Assembly: GCA_022702125.1 (NCBI GenBank)
Contig: JAKOND010000210.1
Location: 17,322 to 81,321 of the forward strand
DNA: 64,000 nucleotides
Reading direction: 5' to 3'
Source: Burkholderiaceae bacterium
GTDB taxonomy: Bacteria > Pseudomonadota > Gammaproteobacteria > Burkholderiales > Burkholderiaceae_C
The position numbers and the translations under genes are program-made. The notes beneath the pieces were generated by a model, which was given only the letters and a program-made list of their open reading frames with translations, ran no database searches and was not told where the DNA came from. This document shows, piece by piece, positions 44,827 to 53,436 of the stretch; the stretch's first letter is position 1; every line of letters starts with the position of its first letter.

Positions 44827-45540
44827 TCAGGTGCGCACATGCAGCAGGTTGGCGAGTTCGACGGCCGAGCGCACGTCCATCTTCTCGAAGACGCGCGAGC
44901 GGTGGACCTCCACCGTGCGCACGCTGATGCCCAGCTGGTCGGCGATGAGCTTGTTGGGCAGGCCCTCGACCACCAGGCGCATCACGTCGCGCTCGCGGTC
45001 GGTCAGCTCGGCGATGCGGGTCTGCAGGCCGACGCTGCGCGAGCGCACGGCCAGCTCCTCGGCCGACTGGCCCAGCGCGCGCTCGACGCGGTCGACCAGC
45101 GCGTTGTCGGAGAAGGGTTTCTCGAAGAAATCGAAGGCGCCGCGCTTGACCGTGTCCACCGCGGTCGCCACGTCGGCATGGCCGGTCAGGAAGATGACCG
45201 GCATGGTGCGGTGCAGGCCGCGCGCGGCCAGCAGGTCGAACAGTTCGAGCCCGCTCATGCCGGGCATGCGCATGTCCAGCAGCAGGCAGCAGGGCTGGGC
45301 GAAGGCGCGCGCCGGCAGCACCGGCGCCAGGGCGGCGGCATCCCCCGCGGACGGCGGCGCTTCGGGCGCGCCGTCCTCGCGCCGGTTCAGGCCGCGCTGG
45401 CGCAGCATGGCCTCGAAGGCGTCGGCGCTGTCGTAGGTCTCGGAGAGCAGCCGGCGCGAGCGCAGCAGCCAGGCCAGGGCGTCGCGCACGTCGCGGTCGT
45501 CGTCCACGATGAAGACGGTGGCGTCAAGCAGGGGTTCCAT
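44827..45540 (-). CDS. FixJ/NarL-type response regulator (REC + LuxR HTH)
   Basis: VFIVDDDRDVRDAL...LLLDMRMPGMSG...FLTGHADV...FFEKPF is the receiver domain. LTDRERDVMRLVVEGLPNKLIADQLGISVRTVEVHR is the HTH. The REC domain carries a P/A-rich insertion of about 30 aa. Confidence 0.9.
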   Translation of the reverse strand: MEPLLDATVFIVDDDRDVRDALAWLLRSRRLLSETYDSADAFEAMLRQRGLNRREDGAPEAPPSAGDAAALAPVLPARAFAQPCCLLLDMRMPGMSGLELFDLLAARGLHRTMPVIFLTGHADVATAVDTVKRGAFDFFEKPFSDNALVDRVERALGQSAEELAVRSRSVGLQTRIAELTDRERDVMRLVVEGLPNKLIADQLGISVRTVEVHRSRVFEKMDVRSAVELANLLHVRT

Positions 45541-47755
45541 GGGCGTTCGGTGAGGTGTGCGGTGTGCCGCGCGGAGGGCGCGCGGTTTTCTCGACGGGGA
45601 TGGTGAAGACGAAGAGCGTGCCGCCCCGCGGGCGCGGCAGGTGCTGCAGCCGTCCGCCGTGCTGCTCGATGACGCTGCGGCACAGCGACAGGCCCAGGCC
45701 CATGCCTTCGGGCTTGGTGGTGAAGAAGGGGGTGAAGAGCTTCTGCGCCACGTCCTCGGGGATGCCGGGGCCGGTGTCGGCCACGGAGAACTCCAGCCAT
45801 TGTCCGCGGTCGTCCGGCGGCGCCTCGCGCACCGCCAGGGTCAGGATGCGCCCGGCCGGCCCCGCGGCGGCGTCCGGCCGGTCCATGGCCTGCATCCCGT
45901 TGCGCGCCAGGTTGAGGAGCACCTGCTCGACCATGGTGCGGTCGCACCAGGCGGGCGGCAGTCCGGCGGGCAGGTCGATCAGCACCTGCACCTGCAGCTT
46001 GCGCGCCTGCAGGCCGACCAGCGGCATGACCGCGTCGAGCAGCTCGCGCGCCGGCACCGCCTCGCGGGTGGAGTCGCGCCGGCGGACGAAGTCGCGCACG
46101 CTGCGGATGACCTTGCCGGCGCGCTCGGCCTGCTCGGCGATGCGGCGCATGGCCAGCGCGATGTCGCCGTCCCGCTGCGCGCGCGCTTTCGCGGCGCGGT
46201 CCTCCGCATCGCCGGGGGCGGGGCCCGGCGCGTGGCCTGCCGCCCCGCCCGGCGCGCCGGGGGCCAGCAGGTTGAGCGAGCCGTTGGCGTAGCTGGAGAT
46301 GGCCGCCAGCGGCTGGGTCAGCTCGTGGCTCAGCAGCGAGGCCATCTCGCCCACGGTGGCCAGGCGCGCGGTGGCCTGCAGCCGCTCCTGCGTGGCGCGG
46401 GAGAGTTCCTCGATGCGGCGCTGCTCGCCGATGTCGATGAAGGCGCCCATCCAGCCGCTGTGGCGCCCGGTGGCGTTGATCAGGGGCGCCTCGATCACCA
46501 GCACCGGGAAGCGCCGGCCGTCCTTGTGCATGAAGATCGACTCGTGGCCGTTGCGCGGCGGCAGGCCGCCGCCGCTGAACCGGATGGCCTGGCGCTCCAG
46601 GTACTGCGGCGCCAGGTCGGGCGGCCAGTAGGGCGGTTGCGACCGGCCCATCAGCTCCTCGGCGGTGAAGCCCACCATCTGGCAGAAGGCCGGGTTGACG
46701 TAGGTGATGCGGCCCTGCAGGTCGCGCGCGCGCAGGCCGGTGACCAGCGAGTCCTCCATCGCCTTGCGGAAGGCCAGCGCGTCGCCCAGGTCGCGCTCGG
46801 CGCGCAGCCGCAGCCGGCTGTCCTTGACCAGCATCGCCAGCACCACCACCAGCGCGATCGACATCGCGGTGACCAGCGCGGTCAGCACGTTGGGGAAGAT
46901 GCTCGGCGCGCGGTGCCAGCTGTTGAGGCGCAGCACCATGGTGTTGCCGGTCAGGTCGATCAGGTACTGGGTGCTGAAGCTGCGCAGGCCGCGCTGGTTG
47001 TCGTTCTTGAGCGCGGCCAGGCGGGTGCCGTCCACCTCGGTCAGCGCGACCTCCTGGTGGCGCGCGAGCTGACGGCCGGCGTAGACCGACAGGATCTCGT
47101 GCAGCCCGTAGGTGGCGACCAGGTAGCTCGCGATGCGGCCGGCCACGAGGTAGGGCACGCACAGGTCGATCACCTCGTTGCCCAGGCCGCCGGGCTGCGG
47201 CACGAAGTAGCTCGCGGAGTAGGCGGGCAGGCCCTGGCGGCGCGCCACCGCGCAGGCCAGGCCCAGGTTGGGATGGGTGTCCTGCCCCGGCGGGGCGGCT
47301 TCGAAGAGCGGCCGGCGGAACGGGCTGTCGATGGCGCGCTGCAGGCCCATCTCGGCGTCCCGCTGCTCGATGCGCAGCAGTTCGCGCCGCTCGTCGAGCA
47401 GCTGCAGGGCCGATTCCTGCCAGCGCTCGGGCGGCGCGTGGCGCGCCTGGAGCGACTGCAGGATCTGCAGCGCCTGCAGGTTGCGCCCCAGGCCGGCCCG
47501 CAGGTCCGCCACCGTGTCGGCCGCGTCGCGCTCCAGCTTCGACTGCACCTCGCTCGCCTCGTAGCGGCCGGCCAGCCAGACCAGCGTGCCCAGCATCACC
47601 ACCACCAGCACCAGCAGCGCCAGCCACAGCACCCAGCGCCGCCAGGCCAGCGGCAGCCAGGCGAAACCGGCGGAGGGCGCGTCGGCGGGCGCCGGGCCGG
47701 CCGATGCGGAGCCCGGCGCCTGCGGGACCGAGGCGGCAGGCACGGCGTCGGTCAT
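45524..47755 (-). CDS. PAS-domain sensor histidine kinase
   Basis: A TM helix, a periplasmic-like domain and a second TM helix are followed by a PAS domain. The H-box is MASLLSHELTQPLAA and the HATPase region is DTGPGIP...FFTTKPEGMGLGLSLC. It overlaps the regulator gene by 17 nt. Confidence 0.9.
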   Translation of the reverse strand: MTDAVPAASVPQAPGSASAGPAPADAPSAGFAWLPLAWRRWVLWLALLVLVVVMLGTLVWLAGRYEASEVQSKLERDAADTVADLRAGLGRNLQALQILQSLQARHAPPERWQESALQLLDERRELLRIEQRDAEMGLQRAIDSPFRRPLFEAAPPGQDTHPNLGLACAVARRQGLPAYSASYFVPQPGGLGNEVIDLCVPYLVAGRIASYLVATYGLHEILSVYAGRQLARHQEVALTEVDGTRLAALKNDNQRGLRSFSTQYLIDLTGNTMVLRLNSWHRAPSIFPNVLTALVTAMSIALVVVLAMLVKDSRLRLRAERDLGDALAFRKAMEDSLVTGLRARDLQGRITYVNPAFCQMVGFTAEELMGRSQPPYWPPDLAPQYLERQAIRFSGGGLPPRNGHESIFMHKDGRRFPVLVIEAPLINATGRHSGWMGAFIDIGEQRRIEELSRATQERLQATARLATVGEMASLLSHELTQPLAAISSYANGSLNLLAPGAPGGAAGHAPGPAPGDAEDRAAKARAQRDGDIALAMRRIAEQAERAGKVIRSVRDFVRRRDSTREAVPARELLDAVMPLVGLQARKLQVQVLIDLPAGLPPAWCDRTMVEQVLLNLARNGMQAMDRPDAAAGPAGRILTLAVREAPPDDRGQWLEFSVADTGPGIPEDVAQKLFTPFFTTKPEGMGLGLSLCRSVIEQHGGRLQHLPRPRGGTLFVFTIPVEKTARPPRGTPHTSPNAHGTPA

Positions 47756-47786
47756 CGGCGCTCCCGCGGCGTCCGGCGCCGGGCCG

Positions 47787-48608
47787 TCATAGCACCCGGT
47801 GCTGCAGGGCGGGCAACTGTCCGCGCAGCAGCGGCAGCCGGGCGGCGTCGAGGTCGGCCAGCACCACGCCCGGGCCGTCTTCGTCGCGGCAGCCCAGCAG
47901 GGCGCCCCAGGCGTCGGCGACCAGGCTGTGGCCCCAGGTGCGCCGGCCGTTGGGATGCGTCCCGCCCTGCGCGGCGGCGGCGACGTAGGCCAGGTTCTCG
48001 ACCGCGCGGGCGCGCAGCAGCAGCTCCCAGTGCGCCTCGCCGGTGCTGTGGGTGAAGGCGCTGGGCACCAGCAGCAGGTCAGCCCCTTCGGCCGCGTAGT
48101 GGCGGTACAGCTCGGGGAAGCGCAGGTCGTAGCAGACCGACAGGCCGATGCGCCAGGCGTGCCCGTCGCGCGAGGGCAGCACGAAGGACGCGGGCGCGCT
48201 GCCGGCGGCGATGGTGCGCGCCTCGTCGAAGCGCTGGCGGCCGTCGTCGATGCGGAACAGGTGGATCTTGTCGTAGCGCGCGGCCTGCGTGCCGTCGGGG
48301 CCGAACACCAGCAGCGCGTTGCGCACGTGGGCCGGGTCGCCCGGCACCGCCAGCGGCAGCGTGCCGCCGGCGATCCACAGGCCGAGCTCGCGCGCGGCCC
48401 GCGCCAGGAAGCGCTGCACCGGCCCGTCGCCCGCCGGCTCGGCCGCGGCCAGCTTGTCGGTGTCGGCCTGGCCGAGCAGGCAGAAGTATTCGGGCAGCAC
48501 GGCCAGCTCGGCGCCGGCCTCGGCGGCCCGGTCGAGCAGCGCGCGGGCCTGGGCGAGGTTGTCCTGCACCGCAGGACCCGAGACCATCTGGAGAACGGCG
48601 ATTTTCAT
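47787..48608 (-). CDS. Carbon-nitrogen hydrolase (Nit/nitrilase superfamily)
   Basis: MKIAVLQM...LPEYF...YDKIHLF...GLSVCYDLRFPELY carries the Glu-Lys-Cys triad context. Its ATG overlaps the yhdP stop (ATGA). Confidence 0.9.
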   Translation of the reverse strand: MKIAVLQMVSGPAVQDNLAQARALLDRAAEAGAELAVLPEYFCLLGQADTDKLAAAEPAGDGPVQRFLARAARELGLWIAGGTLPLAVPGDPAHVRNALLVFGPDGTQAARYDKIHLFRIDDGRQRFDEARTIAAGSAPASFVLPSRDGHAWRIGLSVCYDLRFPELYRHYAAEGADLLLVPSAFTHSTGEAHWELLLRARAVENLAYVAAAAQGGTHPNGRRTWGHSLVADAWGALLGCRDEDGPGVVLADLDAARLPLLRGQLPALQHRVL

Positions 48609-51600
48609 GGGAGGGCTCCGGAGGCCGATGGTAGCGGGGCGGCGCCGGCCGGGGCCGCCTCGGCGACGTCGACCGCAGGGGCATCCGGGCCCCGGGCCGG
48701 GCCGCCCGCGACGGCGGCGGTCAGCGGCGCTCCGTCGTCCTCCTTGCGGCGCGCCAGCGTCTCGACCTTCGGCGCGGACCAGGTGCCGGTGATGTGCATG
48801 CGCCGGCCCAGCATGCGCGACAGCGGCTCGCGCAGCACCAGCTGGGCCGCCAGCGTGCCCAGGCCCCAGGCCGGATCGACGGCGGCGGCCAGGATCGATA
48901 CCAGTCCGGCGTCCGCCTCGGGCCGGATCCGCACCTCCACGTCCTGGGTGGCACGGGCCAGGTCGGTGCTGCCGACGGCTTCCACCCGGGCGATCACGCC
49001 CCGCATCAGCAGGTTGTCGGTGCGGGCGATGCCCCGGTCCACCGCGACGTCGCCGTGCAGCGTGTCGAAGAAGAAGCCCTGGCTGGTCAGGTCGCGGAAA
49101 TCGCCGCGCAGCCGGCGCGGCAGCGAGCGCAGGTTGACCAGCCCGATCCACTTGGCGGCGCCCACCGGCACGGTCTTGAGGTCGCCCTCGCGGGCATCGA
49201 CCCGCAGCCGGCCGCGCAGCGAGGCCCGGTCCGGCGACAGCAGGCCGTCGTCCCAGGCCATCCGGCCCTGGAGCCGGCCGGTGCCGCCGCCCAGCAGCCG
49301 GTCGCCCAGCCCCAGGCGCTGCAGGGTGCGGCCGCCGTCCTGCAGGTCGAGCCGGACCTGGACGCTGGCCTGCTGGCGGCGCGGGCCGTCGGCGTCGCCG
49401 CCCGCTTGGTGCCAGTCGCCCGCGGCCAGCAGCAGGGCCTCGGGCATGCGCACCCGCAGCTGCTTGAGCCGCCACGCCACGTCGCCCGGGGCGGGCGGCG
49501 GCAGCACGGTGTTGTCGGCGGCGCCGGCCTCGGCCATCTGGGGGAAGTTCTCCTCGTCCAGCAGGCGGTCGTCCGGGCCGGTGTCCCACAGGGAGGCCAC
49601 GTCGGTGCCCGAGGCATTGGCGGCGTTGGCGGCGGTGGCGGTGCCGGAGGCCTGCGTCCCGGGCGGCCCGCCGGCCAGCGCCACCTGGCCGACGGGCATG
49701 CCGTTGAAGGCGAAATCGTCGATCGCGATGTCGAGCGCCGGCATGGAGCGCGCGGCCATCGGCTGCTTCTCCAGCAGGCTGCCGACTTCGCGCGCGGTGG
49801 CCTGCGGCAGGTCGAGCCGCGCCAGGCGGGCGAAGACCCGTCCGGCATCGCCCGCGCCGGCCGGCTGGCGGTATTCCAGGTAGCCGTTGAGTTCGCGCGC
49901 CAGCAGGTTGGCGCGCCAGGTGGCGCCGTCGCGCGTGCCGCCCACCACCACGTCGTGCACCGTGCGGCCGTAGAGCGTGAGCGAGTCGGCCTGCACCGCG
50001 ACCGTGTCGGGCAGGTAGGTCTGGCTGGCGCTCAGGCCCGGCGCGCTGCCGCCGGCCTGCCCGGACGGGGCCGGCGGCGCGTGGCGCGGCGCGGTCACCC
50101 CGCGCACCGGGCTGGCGGTGGCCTCGGCGATGACCCGCTCCCAGGCGTCGAGGTCCACGTCGGCGAAGTGGACCTGGGCCATCACCCCGTCGTCGGGCAG
50201 CGGCAGCACCTCGCCCCTGTCCAGGCCGACGCCGATGGTGCCGCGCAGCACCGTGGCCTGGGGTCCGGAGAGGTCGCGCTCGTAGTCGATGGCGGCGATG
50301 TCGCCGAGCTGCACCTGCAGCCGGTCGCGCAGGCCGGGGTACCGGGTGCCGCCGCCGGCGCCGGCGCTCGGCCGGCGCGACCGCGCGGCGTGGGCCGCCA
50401 CCGCGGCGGCCGACGGCAGCGAGGCATCGACCAGCGCGCTGCGGTAATAGAGCGGCAGCTTGTCGCCGGCCGCCTTGCGCATCGGCGCCGGCAGATCGAG
50501 CGCGAGGCCGCGCAGGCTGCTGGCGATGCGCAGTTCCGGCTGGCCGTAGCGCACCGCCAGTCCGGCCTCGTAGTCGGTGCCGCCGGCGGCCTTGGCGGCC
50601 AGGCGCGACACGAAGCCGAGTTCGCGTTCGGCCTGCAGTCCCTCGGCGGTGATGCGTCCGCGCGCGGCGAACTCGACCACCGGCATCGGGGTGCCGCCGC
50701 CGGTCATGCGTCCGTCCACCTGCGATTCGCCGCCCAGCATGCGGGTGCGGATGCCGTTGGCGCTGAAGCCGGTGGCGGTGAAATCGATCGCGCCGCGGGT
50801 GTCGGCCAGCAGCGGGGTGTCGGGCGTGATGCGCAGGTCGGCCCGGTCGAGCGCGACGCGGCCCTGCACCTCCGTCTCGTGCAGGCGGCCGATCGGCAGG
50901 CCCAGCGCGAGGTCGAGGGTCGCCGGTCCCCGGGCGGCGGCCCGGTCGAGGGAGCCGCCGACCATCGTCCCCAGCGGCGACATGCGCACGATGGCCAGCA
51001 TGCGGCTCGCATCGCCGTGCGCCGCCGCCCGCACCTGCACCACCGGGTGCTGCAGGTCGGGAATGCGGGCGCTGGCGCGATCGACCGGCAGCGGCTCGGC
51101 GTCGCCCTCGTCGTCGGTGGCCTCGTCCGCGCCCAGGCGCCGGGCGGCGAGCGCGCCCCGGGCGTCGCGCACCTCCATCGCGCCGCCGTCGAAGGCCAGC
51201 GTGCCCGACAGCCCGACCAGCACCGGCCAGGGATGCGCGCTTGCGTCCCCGGCCGCGCCGGCCGGGTCGCGGGTGCCGTCGCGGCGCCGGCCCTGGCGCT
51301 CGGGGTGCTCGGCCGCCGCGCGCCGGAGCACCGCCTGCGGCGCGAAATCGAAGGTCACGTCCCGCAGCTGCGCGGCGATGTGGAACTCGCCCTCCCCCGG
51401 ATGCGCGAAGGGCATGTGGTGCAGGTCGCCCTTGACCCGGAATTCGACGCCGGTGGCGCGCCCGGCCAGCACCGCGTCGCGCACGTAGTGGCGGGCGCTG
51501 TCGGGGATGGCGGTGGGCAGGTAGCGCCAGACGCGGTCGCCGGCGGTCTCGCCCAGGCTGCCGCGCAGGTCCAGCACGCCGGGGAAACGGCCGGGGTGCG

Positions 51601-53341
51601 CCTCGCCCTCGACGTCGGGCCGGCCCTCCTGGGCGTCGGCGGTCTGCCAGCGCAGGCTGGCGCGGCCCTGGGTGTCGGCGTTGGCGAAACGCAGCTCGGG
51701 CACGTCGACCTCGATGTGCCGGCCCGCCACCCGCCAGCGGGCCTCGGCCGAGAGCCGGTGCATCGGCAGGCGCGGCTCCTCGAACACGCCGGGGAATTCG
51801 AGCGCGCCCTGTTCGATCTCCAGCCGCGCGGTGCCCTGCGACTGGTCGAAGTCGAAGGCGAGGCTCGCGCCCTCGATGCCCGGCGTGCCGGGGCGGGGGC
51901 GCTTGCGGCCGGTGGAGGTGACGATGAAGGCATCGGGTCCGGTCACCGGCACCGCCGCCGCCGCCAGCCCGGCGGCGCGGCCGGCGACCTGGTAGGTGGT
52001 CGGCGCCGCCACCGGACCGCGCCAGTGCGCCGCCAGGGTCTCGACCAGGCCGCGCGGCGCATGCGCCTGCAGCTGGCGCCGGACCGCCGGATCGAGCGGC
52101 AGGCTGCGGCCCAGGCTGGCGAGCATGCCCAGGTCGATCCGGTCGGCGCGCAGGCGTCCGCCCTCGGTCGCGCCCGGCGCGGCGGCGGTCTGGTGCAGGT
52201 CGATGTTGCCGCCCGGCCAGGGGCGCGGCATGCGGCTGCCGCCCAGCGCGAAGTCCAGCCCCTGGGTGGTGAGCGAGAAGCTGCCGTCGTCGGCGTGCGA
52301 GCCCGTCAGGCGCGCGCGCAGCCGGGGCAGCGCCAGCCGCTCCAGGCCGTCGGCCAGGCGGGCGTCGAGGTCGTCCACCGCGATGTCGGCGGTGCCGCTG
52401 GCGAGCGCGCCGTGGCGCAGGTCGGCCTGCAGCTGCAGCGCGCCCCGGCCGCGGGCCACGTCCAGCCCGCCGACCGCCGAGGGCGCCAGGTGCCGGCGCA
52501 GCGGCGCCAGGTCGATGCGCGGCGCGGCCAGTTGCGCCCGGCCGTCCCAGGCGCGCCAGTCGCCGGCGCCCTGCGCGTCGGCGCCGGCGACGAAGCGGCC
52601 CGAGGCGCGCAGCCGGTCGCCCCAGTCGGCGGGCGGGGTGGCGGCCAGGTCGATGTCGTGGTGGCGGCCCCGGTTGCGCAGCTGCAGCTCCAGCGCGGAC
52701 AGGGTGAGCGGCGCGCCGGTCTCGTCGGCCGACGGGCGCAGCGCGTCGATCCAGTGCAGCGTGCCGTTGCGCAGCGCTATCTCGGGTTGCGCGAAGAGCC
52801 AGTCGCGCCCGGCGGTGTCCCGGGTGTCGCGCGGCTGCCGCAGGTCGTGGCCGAGCAGCAGGATGCGGCCGTCGGCGGTGCGGCGCACGGTGAGTTCGGG
52901 CGCATCGACCACCAGTCGCTCGATGCCGCGGTGCAGCAGCAGCCGGCGCAGCGACAGGGTCAGGTCCGCGTGCGCGATGCGCAGCGCCTCGCCCGGCGCG
53001 GGCGCGATGCCGGGCAGGCCGGCGTCCTGGCGCAGGCCGGGCTGGCGCGCGGCGCCGGCCTCGTGCACCACCACGTCGCGCAGCACGATGGCGGGCAGCA
53101 GGCCGCCGTGGCGCCGCGCCTCCAGCGCGCCGATGGAAACGGGCAGCCCCAATGCCGCGGTGGCCTTGTCCTCCAGCCAGGGACGCCACTGGTCGATACG
53201 CGGCACAATCCAGCCGTTCAGCGCTCCCCAGCCCGCTCCCAGGAGCAGGGCTGCGGCCAATAGCGACCCGAGGATCCATCGTGCGCATGTCGCCGCGGCG
53301 GTCGACAGGCGCGACGGGAGCTTCTGGGTCGGTTCTTTCAT
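48605..53341 (-). CDS. yhdP: YhdP-family (AsmA-like, DUF3971) giant envelope protein
   Basis: The 1578-aa protein has an N-terminal TM anchor (ARWILGSLLAAALLLGAGWGAL). The body is repetitive and beta-rich. The conserved C-terminal block is FDTLHGDVAVDRGIARTDNLLMRGVIARVEAVGSTDL...ITGTWSAPKV. The position between glnE and nit is conserved synteny. Confidence 0.88.
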   Translation of the reverse strand: MKEPTQKLPSRLSTAAATCARWILGSLLAAALLLGAGWGALNGWIVPRIDQWRPWLEDKATAALGLPVSIGALEARRHGGLLPAIVLRDVVVHEAGAARQPGLRQDAGLPGIAPAPGEALRIAHADLTLSLRRLLLHRGIERLVVDAPELTVRRTADGRILLLGHDLRQPRDTRDTAGRDWLFAQPEIALRNGTLHWIDALRPSADETGAPLTLSALELQLRNRGRHHDIDLAATPPADWGDRLRASGRFVAGADAQGAGDWRAWDGRAQLAAPRIDLAPLRRHLAPSAVGGLDVARGRGALQLQADLRHGALASGTADIAVDDLDARLADGLERLALPRLRARLTGSHADDGSFSLTTQGLDFALGGSRMPRPWPGGNIDLHQTAAAPGATEGGRLRADRIDLGMLASLGRSLPLDPAVRRQLQAHAPRGLVETLAAHWRGPVAAPTTYQVAGRAAGLAAAAVPVTGPDAFIVTSTGRKRPRPGTPGIEGASLAFDFDQSQGTARLEIEQGALEFPGVFEEPRLPMHRLSAEARWRVAGRHIEVDVPELRFANADTQGRASLRWQTADAQEGRPDVEGEAHPGRFPGVLDLRGSLGETAGDRVWRYLPTAIPDSARHYVRDAVLAGRATGVEFRVKGDLHHMPFAHPGEGEFHIAAQLRDVTFDFAPQAVLRRAAAEHPERQGRRRDGTRDPAGAAGDASAHPWPVLVGLSGTLAFDGGAMEVRDARGALAARRLGADEATDDEGDAEPLPVDRASARIPDLQHPVVQVRAAAHGDASRMLAIVRMSPLGTMVGGSLDRAAARGPATLDLALGLPIGRLHETEVQGRVALDRADLRITPDTPLLADTRGAIDFTATGFSANGIRTRMLGGESQVDGRMTGGGTPMPVVEFAARGRITAEGLQAERELGFVSRLAAKAAGGTDYEAGLAVRYGQPELRIASSLRGLALDLPAPMRKAAGDKLPLYYRSALVDASLPSAAAVAAHAARSRRPSAGAGGGTRYPGLRDRLQVQLGDIAAIDYERDLSGPQATVLRGTIGVGLDRGEVLPLPDDGVMAQVHFADVDLDAWERVIAEATASPVRGVTAPRHAPPAPSGQAGGSAPGLSASQTYLPDTVAVQADSLTLYGRTVHDVVVGGTRDGATWRANLLARELNGYLEYRQPAGAGDAGRVFARLARLDLPQATAREVGSLLEKQPMAARSMPALDIAIDDFAFNGMPVGQVALAGGPPGTQASGTATAANAANASGTDVASLWDTGPDDRLLDEENFPQMAEAGAADNTVLPPPAPGDVAWRLKQLRVRMPEALLLAAGDWHQAGGDADGPRRQQASVQVRLDLQDGGRTLQRLGLGDRLLGGGTGRLQGRMAWDDGLLSPDRASLRGRLRVDAREGDLKTVPVGAAKWIGLVNLRSLPRRLRGDFRDLTSQGFFFDTLHGDVAVDRGIARTDNLLMRGVIARVEAVGSTDLARATQDVEVRIRPEADAGLVSILAAAVDPAWGLGTLAAQLVLREPLSRMLGRRMHITGTWSAPKVETLARRKEDDGAPLTAAVAGGPARGPDAPAVDVAEAAPAGAAPLPSASGALP

Positions 53342-53436
53342 TGGTGAGGCAAGACGTGGCAGGAATTATCACCCGCGACAACACGCCCGGCGGTAGCGCC
53401 GCGGCGGCCCCGGCGGTCGGAGAAGACGCTGTCCCG

